This document shows, in pieces, positions 12,947-26,030 of a stretch of 64,000 bases of DNA. A program made the translations under genes and the position numbers. How positions within the stretch are numbered: position 1 is the stretch's first letter; every line of letters begins with the position of its first letter. The notes under the pieces are model-generated. The model did no database searches and had not been told where the DNA came from. It worked only from the letters and a program-made list of their open reading frames with translations. The DNA is from Tubulanus polymorphus (Eukaryota; Animalia; Nemertea): the NCBI RefSeq assembly GCF_964204645.1, contig NC_134032.1, positions 3,558,175 through 3,622,174 on the forward strand, in the 5' to 3' direction.

Positions 12947-13665
12947 TACTTGTGTTCCGTGGTACCCAGTGACAATTAAACAACTTGTGTTCCGTGGTAC
13001 TCAGTGACAATTAAACAACTTGTGTTCCGTGGTACCCAGTGATAATTAAACAACTTGTGTTTCGTGGTACTCAGTGACAATTAAACAACTTGTGTTCCGT
13101 GGTACCCAGTGACAATTAAACAACTTGTGTTCCGTGGTACCCAGTGATAATTAAACAACTTGTGTTCTGTGGTACCCAGTGACAATTAAACAACTTGTGT
13201 TCTGTGGTACCCAGTGACAATTAAACAACTTGTGTTCTGTGGTACCCAGTGACAATTAAACAACTTGTGTTCTGTGGTACCCAGTGACAATTAAACAACT
13301 TGTGTTCCGTGGTACCCAGTGACAATTAAACAACTTGTGTTCCGTGGTACCCAGTGACAATTAAACAACTTGTGTTCCGTGGTACCCAGTGACAATTAAA
13401 CAACTTGTGTTCCGTGGTACCCAGTGACAATTAAACAACTTGTGTTCTGTGGTACCCAGTGACAATTAAACAACTTGTGTTCTGTGGTACCCAGTGATAA
13501 TTAAACAACTTGTGTTCTTTGGTACCCAGTGACAAGTGTTCTGTGGTACCCAGTGACAATTAAACAACTTGTGTTCTGTGGTACCCAGTGACAATTAAAC
13601 AACTTGTGTTCTGTGGTACCCAGTGACAATTAAACAACTTGTGTTCTGTGGTACCCAGTGATAAA
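12947..13665. repeat. Minisatellite, 35-bp unit (gttccgtggtacccagtgacaattaaacaacttgt), ~20 near-identical copies
   Basis: Exact 35-bp period, no unique spacers. Confidence 0.95.
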
Positions 13666-14056
13666 CTATTTATCCATGTATTTTTCTATTTTATTTGGTT
13701 TTAGAATTTATTGTAAATAGGATTTGTCTATAATAATGATAATAATGGTTACTGAAAAAAGGGATGTTCAAGGGTATAAATCGCAGTGGTCGATCGTGTT
13801 CGAATCCGCAATTTCTGCCACTCTCAGTCTACGGCCGCGGTGCCTACAACTTATTTCGCTTTCGAGGTCATGTGTTTTATCTTACATACCATAATACGGT
13901 TGATAACGATTCTTTTTCTAAATTTCTTTTTCGAATGATTATCACGTGATCGTGATCGTGATTATTATCACGTGATATTTTAACTACGAAAATCCAACCG
14001 AGCAGACGGCGTTTAATTAACCGTACTCTGCTAATACGGTGTGTTGACCACGATCG

Positions 14057-14070
14057 CCGCTAGGTGGCGC
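14057..14070 (+). promoter_or_regulatory. CTCF consensus-like motif
   Basis: ccgctaggtggcgc closely resembles the CCASYAGRKGGCRS consensus; motif match only. Confidence 0.35.
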
Positions 14071-14106
14071 TTGCGTGTGAAATAATCTTCGTTTTTCGAG
14101 CATTTC

Positions 14107-15168
14107 ATGAAATTAAATGATTTAGGCGAGACACAGGACAAGCACGATATTGTTGACAATCAGCTGCCTATCTATGATAATCATATTCTGAACCGCGAGA
14201 TAGATACTGATGAAGTAATAAAAGCGATCTCGCTACTTAAGAATAAAAAGGCATCTGGCATCGACGGGATAACAAATGAATTGCTAAAAGTCAACCGATA
14301 TCCCTATTTAGTTGATATTTTGCAAAACCTATTCAATCTTGTTCTAAGGACTGGCCATGTACCGGATACTTGGTCGATTGGGGTGATCAAACCGATCTAC
14401 AAGAACAAAGGTGATCCCGACGATCCCGATAATTACAGAGGCATCACTCTAGTGAGCTGCCTAGGAAAACTGTTTACGAGCATATTGAATCAGAGACTAT
14501 CTCTATTTTTAGATGCAAACAATATTATAAGTGAAGCCAAGGGTGGTTTCAGATCTAAATACTCGACAGTTGATCATATCTACACTCTTAAAACCATTGT
14601 TGAACTGTACCTTGGCCAGGGGAGAAGACTGTTCTGTGCGTTCGTAGATTTTAAAAAGGCATTTGATTCAATCTGTAGAGTAACTCTTTGGAAGAAACTA
14701 ATTAGTAATTGTATTACAGGAAACTTCCTGAACGTTATTAAAAGCATGTACGACTCTGTAAAATCGTGCGTAAAATATAATGGCAATACCTCACAATATT
14801 TCACTGCCGGCAGAGGTTTGAGACAGGGCGAAAATCTATCACCAATCCTATGTTCACTCTATTTAAATGATATAGAGGCATTTTTCGTGGGTAATGGTAA
14901 TCCAACTCTCTCATTTATAGAAAAGCTGAATTCGGACTGCGATCATGATCTTGACACCCTGTTAAATCTATTTATTATTTTGTATGCAGATGACACAGTT
15001 ATCTTAGCTGAGGATGAAAATTCACTGCAGTCGCAGCTGGATACTTTGTATGCATATTGTTTAGAAAACGATTTAACGGTTAATATCGATAAAACTAAAG
15101 TTTTAATTTTTGCAAGAAGTAAATGTAGGATCAAGATAGATACAAAGTTTATGTTTGGCACAGATGAG
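14107..15168 (+). mobile_element. 5'-truncated RTE-X-like LINE, reverse transcriptase (5' part, interrupted by BEL element)
   Basis: RT motifs PDNYRGITLVSCLGKLF, FVDFKKAFDS, GLRQGENLSP, LYADD. The frame resumes after the BEL element at 21147. Confidence 0.85.
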
Positions 15169-15381
15169 TGTTGAATATTGTAAGCAAGCTTATCTGTATA
15201 TCCTGTTGTTACGGTTTATGGTCGAGTTAGTTCACGGTTTATTACTCACATTATTTGTACCTTATATAAATACAGTATTGGGAATAAATTCTATGTCATT
15301 TTTGTATCTGCGATATACGTGGTGTGTTGTTGGTCTTTGGTGCGCCCGTTTAAGGGCCCGACTGTCGCAGAGTTTTCTACA
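15169..15381 (+). repeat. 5' LTR (213 bp)
   Basis: tgttgaatattg...gagttttctaca; matches the 3' LTR except for a 1-bp indel. Confidence 0.95.
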
Positions 15382-15416
15382 TTTTTGGTCCCTCGAGCCC
15401 TCGAGCCTGGCAGTAC

Positions 15417-18400
15417 GTGATGGCGGAAGACAGACGACAAAGCGAAGGCTACAAAGGCCTTGTGCGGAAGAGGACAGCCCAGCGGGGACAAGTCACGATG
15501 ATTTTGAATGACGCAGATTCGGTGGTCAATTCAAGAACAACTCAGGCGCCGGACATCGCGAAACTCGAACGATTAGTGCAGCGACTCGAGAGCAAGATCA
15601 CGCTTCTGACTGACATAAATGAAGAAATGTTGGTGATGATGAAAGATGACAGCGTCTACATGCAAGTTTCGAATGAAGCAGAAGAGGCCATTTCGAATGC
15701 CACTGATCGTAAGTTGTTTTATGAACAATATTTGAAGAATACGACGTTAACCGCTACTAAAGTTAGAACTGAAGGATTTCGGAAATCCACACTTCCGACG
15801 CTTAAATTGCCCACGTTTACTGGGAATCTGCTTGAATGGTCTACCTTTTGGGGGTTGTTTGAATCAACAGTGCATAATAATTCAGCGTTTTCTAACATTG
15901 AGAAATATAGTTATTTGCTCGGTCAAATTAGTGGTGACGCTGTATTGATGGTCTTCCTATGACTTCAGAAAACTATGATAGTGCCGTTGAATTATTACAA
16001 AATCGTTTTGGTCAGACGCACCGTTTGTCAAAAGCATATTTGCAGGCTTTAACTGAATTGAATCCGCCAACAACTGAAGTTTCGTCATTAAGGCGTTTTT
16101 ATGATAGTTCTGAAACGTATATTCGACATCTCGGTTCAATTGGTATTTCTACTGAATCCTACGGCGTGATGCTTGTTCCAGCTATGTTGGACAAGTTACC
16201 TTACGATGTTAAAATGTCTATGGCAATTATGTATAATAAACCTGATAGTGATTGGTGTTTATCTGAGCTCAGAGAAGCTTTACTTGTTCAAATTCAATTA
16301 AAGGAATCATGCATGTCACCAGAAACGAACGCGCCTATTCAATCGTTGCATTTAAATATCAATTCAAAACAATCTGTTAATTCGAAACCCGTCAGGAATG
16401 TTACTCGAAACTGCGTGTACTGTTGTAAATCTCATTTGCCATCAGATTGTTTTTATGTTACCGACGTTAGGAAGAGAAAGGACATCGTTCAAAAGGCAGG
16501 CTTATGTTTTAATTGCCTTGGAAAGCATAGAGTGAGTAATTGTCGGTCGGAAGTTTTATGTAAGTTTTGCAAAAAACGACACCACAGTAGTTTGTATTTT
16601 GCCGTATCCCGCATGTGGCCTGGTACCGGAAATCAGGCTGACATGAGCTTTAGTGAACCGGGTAGAGTTAAGCAAAGAAGATTAATCGTATCTAATTCAG
16701 CAACTCAAACTAATTCAGTGGTTGAAGGTGGAACCTGCCAATCAAACCAAAATATATCCTTGATAGAATTTGAAACCACAGCTGTAACGACTAATGCTAA
16801 GTTATTAGATACTGTTATGTTAAAAACTGCGGTGACGGAAGTTTCCGGTACTGATAAAACAATCATTGCTAATTTGCTTTTTGACGATGGGGCGCAACGG
16901 ACGTTTATTACGTCTCAATTAGCCAAAGATTTAGGGCTTCCAATCACTAGGAAAGAGACAGTAAGCATATCTGTTTTTGGTTCTGATAAACGTAGTGTAC
17001 ATCATTTGGATTTGGTTACATTGAATGTCCGTTGCAATGACAGCTGTGTAGTTGTAAAAGCATTGGTAGTACCCGAAATTACTCAGCCTATATCGGTGAA
17101 TACTGCATTCAGAGATATTCCAGAATTTAAATCGCTGCAGTTTGCGGACACTGTAAATTCTGACAAGATTAATGTTCAGGTGTTAATCGGGTCGGATTTT
17201 TATTATGATTTTGTGACCGGTCATATTGTTAAGTCGTCTGTTGGTCCTGTAGCAATTAGTTCGAAATTGGGCTATTTGGTTTGTGGTCCGGTTGGTATTT
17301 TTGCTGATCGTCCTGTAGCTGTAATGAGTGTATTAACAAGCGCAGGAAAAACGCCGGAATCAGTTGGTGATTTTTGGTCATTGGAGAACATTGGAATTAT
17401 GCCAAATTCATCGTTTGATAATGATAAAGAATTTGTTACATATTATTGCACGGATTATATTGAAAAGCATGACAATACATACTACGCTAAATTGCCATGG
17501 CGTGAAAATCATCCAGTTCTGCCGTCAAATTTTGACGTGATAGTGAATAGAACGCATTCAACTATTGATAGATTAAGGAAATCTCCTGAGATGTTGGGAA
17601 AGTATTCGGACATCATTGTTGATCAGATTTCAAAGAATTTCATCGAAAAGGTTTCCGAATCTGAATTAGATAATTCTAATGTTAAACACTACTTAGCTCA
17701 TCACCCAGTATTCAAACAGTCAGTGACGACGCCTGTGCGTATCGTATTCGACTGTAGTTTTAGTGTAGGCGATAATCCTAGTTTAAATGACTGTTTGAAT
17801 AGTGGCCCTTCGTTGTTCAATGAAATAATTCAAATACTCATGAGATTTCGCTTCGGTAAAATAGGTCTAGCTGCTGATATAGAAAAAGCTTTTCTACAGA
17901 TTGGGTTACACCCTCGGGATCGTGACGTGACTAGATTTTTTTGGCCTAAAGATCCAACCGATCCGAATTCACCCTTGGAGGTATACCGTTTTAAACGGGT
18001 TTTGTTTGGTGCGACATGCTCGCCTTTCATTTTAAACAGTACAGTTTTGTTCCATTTACAGAATAATTTGAATTCTGTTACCAACGATTTGATACACAAC
18101 ATTTACATGGATAATGTAGTTTCCTCCGTAGATTATGAGGAACAGGCCTTGGAATATTATTCACGATCGCGAGATGTGCTCGCTGAAGGTCATTTCAATT
18201 TACGTTCCTGGTCTTCGAACTGTTCTCTATTGAGGGAACACGCTCGAAGTGATGGCGTCTTAGAGAAGTCATTAACTGTAGACATTTTAGGTGTTACTTG
18301 GGATACAGAATCCGATTGTCTATCATTGAAATCTAGATCCATAAATACTCTAGAACCCGGTACACCTATCACGAAACGCACAGTAACGAGAGACATGAGT

Positions 18401-20774
18401 AAGATCTATGATCCATTAGGGTTTTTCACCCCAGTAACTGTTAAAATAAAGGTCTTTGTTCAGAGTCTTTGGAAGGATTCTTACGACTGGGACGATCCCC
18501 TGCCAGACGTTTTGTGTTCTCGGTGGAGAGAAATAGCTGGTGACCTAAGCAATCTTCCAGAAATCTCGTTACCTCGATGTTACTTTGCCGGTCGTGATCA
18601 AAATGCACAGCTAGAATTACATACGTTTGCTGATGCCAGTAAATCTGCGTATGGGGCTGTTTCATATTTGAAGTGTGGTGATGAATGTATCTTGATTTCT
18701 TCTAAATCACGGGTAGCTCCTAACAAAGAAACTACTATTCCAAGGTTAGAATTAATTGCAGCATTGATAGCGTCAAGGTTGACTGATTATATTTGTACCG
18801 CTTTAAAGGCAAATGCTCCAAATATCGATGTATATATGTACACAGACAGCCAGATCGTGTTATCATGGCTTAAGTCTAAAAAGAAATTAAGTGAATTCAT
18901 TAGGAATAGAGTGTATGGAATAAGATCTTTGGTTGAGAGTACACGCTGGTATTATTGTAGGTCTGATGAAAATCCTGCTGATTTGCTCACTCGAGGTGTT
19001 GATTGTTCTAAACTACGTGAGTTGTATCAATTCTGGTTCCATGGTCCAGACTGGCTTATTAGTAATATTAGGCCGGAGTACCTTTCGATGGCCATTGATG
19101 ATTCTGAAATCCATGTTATGTCCACTGATTCTGATGCCGATGTTTTCGATGCACCGTTACCGTTTGTTGATTAAAATTGTTTTTCTTCTATTGTTAGTTT
19201 GTTACGACTGTCTTCACTGGTGTTTCGATTCATCAACAACTGCAGAGCCGGAGTTACCCCGAGGCTTCACGGTAGAATTACAGCGGAAGAAATGCATTCC
19301 GCAGAATATTGGTGGATAAAATTCATTCAAGATTCTGAGTTTCCAAAGGTACGCGAACCATTGACGAAGGTTCAGGGTAACAAAGGTTCTTGCTTGGCCA
19401 TTGTCAATCAATTACAATTATATATAGGTAACGATAATTTGATAAGATGTAGAGGGAGATTGCAAAATGCTCCTATCATCGATTCTGCTAAGACTCCAAT
19501 ATTACTCCCAAAATATCATTACCTTACTCGTTTGATAGTGTACAGAGAGCATTGTTACAACTTCCATTCTGGAGTTAATTCTACTATCGCACAACTCAGA
19601 GAGGTCTATTGGATTCCGCAGATTCGACAACTTGTAAAGAATATACTTGAAAATGTGTTGTATGTCGCAAATTATCATGTAAACCTTACAGGCTCCCAGA
19701 TCCTCAACCCTTGCCTATATCTCGAATCACAGAAGTACCATGCTTTCATTTTACAGGCGTGGATTATCTGGGGCCTTTGTTCGTAAGATCGAAAAGTGGA
19801 GATTATGTGAAAACACACATTTGTTTGTTTACATGCGCGGTGAGCCGTGCAGTTCATTTGGAGCTTGTGTCAGATCTTACTACAGAACAATTCATATTAG
19901 CATTTAAGAGATTTGTGTCACGTAGGTCCGTACCTAGACAGCTCATTTCTGATAATGCATCTACGTTCACTTGTGCTAATGATATTCTGATCCGCATTTT
20001 TTCTGCAGTAGAATTTTCGACATATTCATCCCAACAAGGGATTATTTGGAAATTCATTCCAAAACGTGCGCCGTGGCACGGCGGATTTTATGAACGATTA
20101 GTATCTTTGGTGAAATCATCAATTTATAAGGTGCTAGGTAGAACCTCCGTGACATTTGATGAGTTGCATACTTTAGTTACGCAGATTGAAAGTCGATTAA
20201 ATCAATTACGTATATATCTGATGATGTACGCGACCCGGAACCTCTGACTCCGTCCATGCTCCTTTGTGGACACCGTCTTACTTCTGTTCCGGTTGCAGAT
20301 TTTGATAATACTGATCCAGACTTTCGTGTTGATAATGAGAAATTTGTGAAAAGATATAATTATTTGGATTCATTGATTACACAATTTTGGAATAGATGGA
20401 AGGGTGAATATGTGTTAAGTTTACGTGAGTTTCACCGTACTACGGGCCATAATTGTTGTGATATGAAGGTCGGTTCAGTAGTTCAAATTCACGATAGCGG
20501 TCCTCGTTTAAGGTGGCGTCTAGGTGTAGTTACTGAATTACATCGAGGAAACGATGGCCACGTGAGATCCGCATCTCTTAAAACATCAACCGGATTTACG
20601 AATAGAGCTATAAGTTGTTTGTATCCGTTAGAGGTTTGCGCTAAGGAACCCGTAATAAGTTCTTCAGTGAGTGATGCTCCAGTATCAACACGTCCGAAGA
20701 GAGCAGCGGCAGTTGCAGCAGAAGCAAAAATTCGTCAACTTTCGCGCCGGGCGGAGGAGTCGGATGATGATTAA
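15417..20774 (+). pseudogene. BEL/Pao gag-pol polyprotein, disrupted
   Basis: Gag LPTFTGNLLEW and zinc knuckles, protease LFDDGAQRTF, RT DIEKAF/YMDN, RNaseH FADAS..PRLEL..TDSQ..NPAD, integrase GVDYLGP/SDNA/GGFYERLV. Lesions: frameshift ~15945, in-frame TAA 19172-19174, frameshifts ~19650 and ~20200. Confidence 0.9.
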
Positions 20775-20927
20775 TTGCGCTCTTGAAATATTTATAATAC
20801 TTGCTGTTAAAATCGAATTTAATTATTGTATGTATATCTGTATTTTTTATTTGAGGTAAACTAGAATGGTGTAAGAAAATGAAATTGTAATATCAAATTT
20901 GAGATTTATATTTTGCGGCGGGAGAAA

Positions 20928-21141
20928 TGTTGAATATTGTAAGCAAGCTTATCTGTATATCCTGTTGTTACGGTTTATGGTCGAGTTAGTTCACGGTTTA
21001 TTACTCACATTATTTGTACCTTATATAAATACAGTATTGGGAATAAATTCTATGTCATTTTTGTATCTGCGATATACGTGTGTGTGTTGTTGGTCTTTGG
21101 TGCGCCCGTTTAAGGGCCCGACTGTCGCAGAGTTTTCTACA
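20928..21141 (+). repeat. 3' LTR (214 bp)
   Basis: Preceded by the PPT and followed by the TSD atgag. Confidence 0.95.
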
Positions 21142-22361
21142 ATGAGATTGAGATCGTTGAGGACTATCTATACCTGGGAGTTAAGTTCAATTGGAATGGC
21201 AGCTTCGCCAAAGCAAAAAAATAACTATATGACAAGGCAATGAGAGCAATGTTCTCGGTAATACAAAAAGGCAGACGCTTGAAGCTCCCGATAGATGTTA
21301 TGCTGAAACTATTCGATATGTGCGTCGCACCCGTTGCGTTATATGGTTGTGAGATATGGGGCTTTGAAAGCCTCGATTTATTAGAGAGTCTGCACTGTAC
21401 GTTTTGCAAAATTATTATGAAAGTGTCAAAATATTCGCACAACCTGCAGGTATTAGCTGAACTTGGGCGGTACCCCATGAGTATCGAGGTAAAACGGAGG
21501 ATGGTAAACTTTTGGCTTAAAACTGTTACCGGCAAAGAATCAAAACTTAATGCAATCCTGTACCGTATATCCCTCAATCTGTATGTACGCGAAAAACACA
21601 AGTCCCCTTGGTTATTGTATATAAAGAAAATATTTGACGACATTGGCTTATCTTACATATGGTTACAGCAATACATGGAAAATTATAAAACGCTCTCCAA
21701 GTACGTGAAACAAGTCCTCCGTGACCAACACGTACAAGAAATGCTTCAAAAAGTGAATGACGATCAGCAGTATGTTAATTTCAAACTATATAAGAACGAT
21801 GTTAGGCTTGAAAAATATATAACTCAACTTGATGGAAGTCTTGTGCATAGCTTATTCGAATTCAGAATTGGTTCCTATTTATTACCGGTAAATAATCGAT
21901 CGAACGCTCATATAGACCGAAGTGAAAGACTGTGCCCTGCCTGTAACACCGTAGGAGATGAGCTTCACTTCATTTATGACTGCACTTTGCTAAGTGATCT
22001 GCGTGATAATTCCATCCATTTAAGTATGTCCAGAAACTTGGAAATATTAAGGAATCCTACCCCACAATTAGCTAGATTTATCCAGTTAGGTTTAAGTTTA
22101 TACAGATCCCTCCAGTGAATTGTGTATATACGTGTGATATATCTTGCTGTATATAATTCAATCTCTGTACTTGCTTAGTTTGTAAATAGTTTTATTACTG
22201 AAAGTTTGATATTAAATTTTGTTAATTCCTATTTTGTTTTGTATATATGTATATAATTCTGTTCATGTTTTGTAAATTTTTATATTCCATATTTTGTATT
22301 CAATCTTGCCTCCACGTACCATCTTATGGTTGGAGTGAAATAAATATCTTATCTTATCTTA
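21142..22361 (+). mobile_element. RTE-X-like LINE, 3' part, with 3' UTR and (ATCTT)n tail
   Basis: Removing the BEL element and one TSD gives KFMFGTDE|IEIVEDYLYLG. Further motifs LYGCEIWG, ELGRYP and C-terminal RLCPAC..DELHFIYDC. One TAA at 21222. Ends aaataaatatcttatcttatctta. Confidence 0.85.
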
Positions 22362-23309
22362 ACTCGCTCGAGTTTGACCCAGGCCGTACTATCACTGAGA
22401 ACCGAAGTGACACCACGTTCTATTGTAGAAATCGAGGCTTCCGATTGTGGCAAGCCGGGATCCAACCGGTTACACATGTTTTGTGATATTATAATTCCAT
22501 TTGTGGCAAGTGAGGATGCACCGTGTCGCTAGTTTGCATTAGGAACAGATGCCCACAAAAAATATTTCAACTTTATTTAATGAATGATTGATTTTTAGGC
22601 TTCGGTAATACATTTTCTGAGATAGTGTAACATGCTGTGATAGAGGCCGTCCACACATCTGAATTCGTCTGCCCGTCGGTGTTGGAGACACGCAGTACAA
22701 CACAACAAAATGTAACGGGGGCTTTAAAAACTTCGATTGTCCGTCGTGTAAATTACTTGTTTGCGAACAGTATATGTGCTTGTTACCAATCTTATAAAAT
22801 GGCAATTACATTCCAGACTTCTCGCAGAAGTGTTTATACCATCATGACGACGACGTCTATAATCGTAAACCAATTGATTAAAAGATGATCAATTTTCGAT
22901 GGGACGATGGTGTAGTGCGAGCCTAATTTGCATACACAGATGAATGGTGGAGACATAACAATTGAAAATGAAACATTGAAATCGCATTCTCCTTCCATCT
23001 TTCTAACCAGGGCAGCTCGATAGCGATAAGTCAATATCCGATATTTTCAGAGTTCGCGAGAGATAGATTATTCCAAACCCAGCCCACTGCAGGCTTTCGA
23101 AAAATATGAATGATTCGGATGTGACAAATGGAGCTACAAGGCCGAACGACATCCTCAATGCGCGTGCGGTAACTCTAACGTGTTGGCAGCGTGTTTGACT
23201 CTAACGTGTTTGATTCTTTTTGATTAACGACCTTTACCAATTCGTGAACATTTAATCGCAATCAATGCCAAAATTAAGATAGCGTTTACACTGACAAGCG
23301 TGAATGATA

Positions 23310-23812
23310 CAAAACAGGTTCTGGGACCTTGACCTTCGACCTACAGGACCCGAAATGTAATAAGTTAGTGACCCTACTCTTAGTCTTTAGGATAACCCAT
23401 CCAAAAAATGGCACCAAATTATCTTCAATCCATGAGATAGAGCCCGGAAATGAAAAATACATAACAGCTTCTAGTAACCTCATAGTAACCTTGACTTTGA
23501 CCAATACGACCAGGAATCTTATCAGTTACCCACGGTCCCTAGGACAACCCATCCATAGAATTTCAGTTAGTTATCCTATACCGTTTATGAGTTAGAGCCC
23601 GTAAATGAAATTCGCAAAATGGCTTCCTGTGACGTTGACCTTGGATGTAACAGGACCCAAAATCTAATCAGTTACTAACCACATATAGTACAACACAACT
23701 GTTGAATTTGAAGAAATTTTGTCGTTTAGCTGCTATGACACGGAAACCACTGCGTACAGGCGGACGACGAATTTAATACAGTATGCCTCCCCCCCCGCAA
23801 CGCGAGGAATAA
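23310..23812. mobile_element. Non-autonomous interspersed element with tgacctt motifs (Helentron/HINE-like)
   Basis: Repeated gaccttgacc motifs, cggacg stretch and terminal C/G hairpin followed by ataa. Family assignment is by resemblance only. Confidence 0.4.
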
Positions 23813-23989
23813 CCCGCGGGAGGCTTTCACCCAATCCCCTTCCGAGGGTTATTCTGATTTAAATAGCTATCGAAATTTTGAGATGCTCCCTTATTGCTAT
23901 GTCTTTATCCTGACCCAAGCATAACTGTATTTCTTTTTTCAGCTTTACAACTGATTCCACTTAATTTAATAATTCCATTTTGGTGTGAG

Positions 23990-24760
23990 TACTGGATTGT
24001 TGTTGACACCAATATTAGCCAGACGTGTTATCCATGAGTGCGTCACCTGTCGACGTTAACGAGTGAAGCCACTACAGCAACGAATGGCCGACCTATCAAA
24101 CTTTCGGCTGACGCCATTCAGCCGACCGTTCAAGACAACGATTGTTAATAACCTTGGACCAGTCCTCGTGACGTTGAACCGTAATACGACAACCAAGGAC
24201 AATTGTGCGGTATTCGTTTGGGCTTGCTACGAGCTGTACATTTAATCTCTGTCCGAGACTTGTCGACGTCAGCATTTATGCCAGCTTTCGAACGATTCGC
24301 TAGCACACGTGGTGCCCCCGCTATTATCGTTCGTGACGGCGCAACTTGTTTAGGAGGAGCAGATAACGAATTCCGTTAGTTGCAGTTTAGCCTAGATCGG
24401 GAAAAACTTCAAACTTACACGCGGAAGTACGATGTCCAGTGGAAGCTTGGTCCACCCACAGGACCACGTCATCAGGGTCTGGTTAAACGCATGGTGCAAG
24501 AAGTGAAGAAATCCGTGAGACATATCGTCAAAGCCGACAACCTAACATTTGAATGGGAGAAGTCTTCTCGATTATTGCCGGGCTACTGAATAGTCGCCAA
24601 ATCGCCACTGTATCGCCTTCGCCTCTAGATGAGCCATCGATTACTTCCAAGCATTTTCTCGTTGGGCGAGGTTATTAACATAGTGTGCAAACGCCGTTTG
24701 AAGACTACGTTAGTAATACCCAAGCAAAGAAAAGAACTTTGCAAGATGATGGTGGACGGT
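23990..24760 (+). mobile_element. Degenerate BEL/Pao integrase relic
   Basis: CVTCRR..KPLQQRMADL..RLTPFSRPF..LGP and W...PP..P.H.G..KRMV motifs, with stops and frameshifts. Confidence 0.7.
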
Positions 24761-26030
24761 TCCTGGTGAATGGTGTTTCGGTTTTTGGAACTGAACATAG
24801 TGTCATATTAAACCAACACAGTGCACACGATGACGAGGAACAGCCTAGGTTCGGACTTGATGCTGACGCTGAATTCATAAATAACAGGGATGCAAATCCC
24901 AGAATTGATTTCGATTGGTCCCAATACTTCATTGAGGTTGATCAGGGGATTAACAGGTTCAGACCTGAATAAAGCTACAGCAACAACATACCATAACATA
25001 ATATGAATGTATCATTAAGTTATACCGATATGATAAATAAACGAACAGCTGCAACGCGATTTAAAACGTTATAAACTATTTGCATATGAAAACCATAACA
25101 AATCATATTCTATCATATATTCGTAAATCCTGATCTGAATATACACACGTGTCCCCGAGCTTTCACTGGCCATTTTACATGGTATAATACGAAGGTGATT
25201 TTGGGTGAAACTAGTGTCTCCAGTTAACTTAAGCATTACTTAGGAGCTACTGAACCTATATAAACAAACTATACACCAAATTTGAGATACGAAATGGGGA
25301 TTAATTTCAGAGTTCCTGGGTTCAGATTGGTGCGTTGAGGTCATGTGACCTAAGTCAGCAATCTTGGATTCGAAATTACCATGCACAATTTCTGGAATAG
25401 AAGCCTGGAAAAATAGTAATCCTCAAAATAGAGCAAATTTCCACACAGATATAGATAACTACACTTCTTTTCTTTGATACGATGATAAAAGAAATCTATT
25501 TTAACAAAATATTTCATAGAAATATGGTACGGAAATATGGAACTCAACGGTGAACAATATCGTATTGATGGGGTTATGTTTGATCTGAGTGACCCCTGGG
25601 CACCGTCATTATTGTTCTCCACTTCTTTAGAATCAGTCTATAAAAAGATTTAGAAACAATTTTTGCGTTATTTGCTTGAGATAAAATCCTAATTTCTAAT
25701 CATATATGTATCTAGGTCACCAGGTCTGTATGTTGCTTGCACAGTGTATGGCAAACAATTTATTTGTATGATAAGTTCATTATTCAAAGATATGATGGAT
25801 ATATTTCCAGCGCAAATGAAATTGCAAAATCCCTCGATTGATCATTCTGTCAGAACAATGACCTCTGAACAGCATCAATCGACAGATTACTGCACGTATT
25901 TTGAATAAAATTTATATTCGAATCCGCATTTAAATAGGTTTAGATTATATTAGATTTTTGATTGTAGTTTTATCAGTAGTTTAGTTCTGGCAGTTGCAGT
26001 TATCGTGTGCTCCAAGACTGACGTAGAAAA

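Larger units (their letters stand above)
15169..21141 (+). mobile_element. Full-length BEL/Pao LTR retrotransposon
   Basis: TG..CA LTRs at 15169-15381 and 20928-21141, 5-bp TSD ATGAG, PBS tggtccctcgagcc (tRNA-Tyr-like), PPT gcggcgggagaaa, and gag-PR-RT-RH-IN order. Confidence 0.97.

Noticed and set aside
12947-13665. CRISPR array
   Set aside because: The 35-bp units are contiguous with no unique spacers, there are no cas genes, and the context is eukaryotic.
15155-15511. Duplicated hydrophobic ORF (also 20899-21243) as a membrane or env gene
   Set aside because: Both are translations of the two LTR copies, with no evidence of coding.
15935-15965. Programmed gag-pol frameshift
   Set aside because: It falls inside the gag domain, has no slippery heptamer, and BEL elements normally have one ORF. 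A small deletion explains it better.
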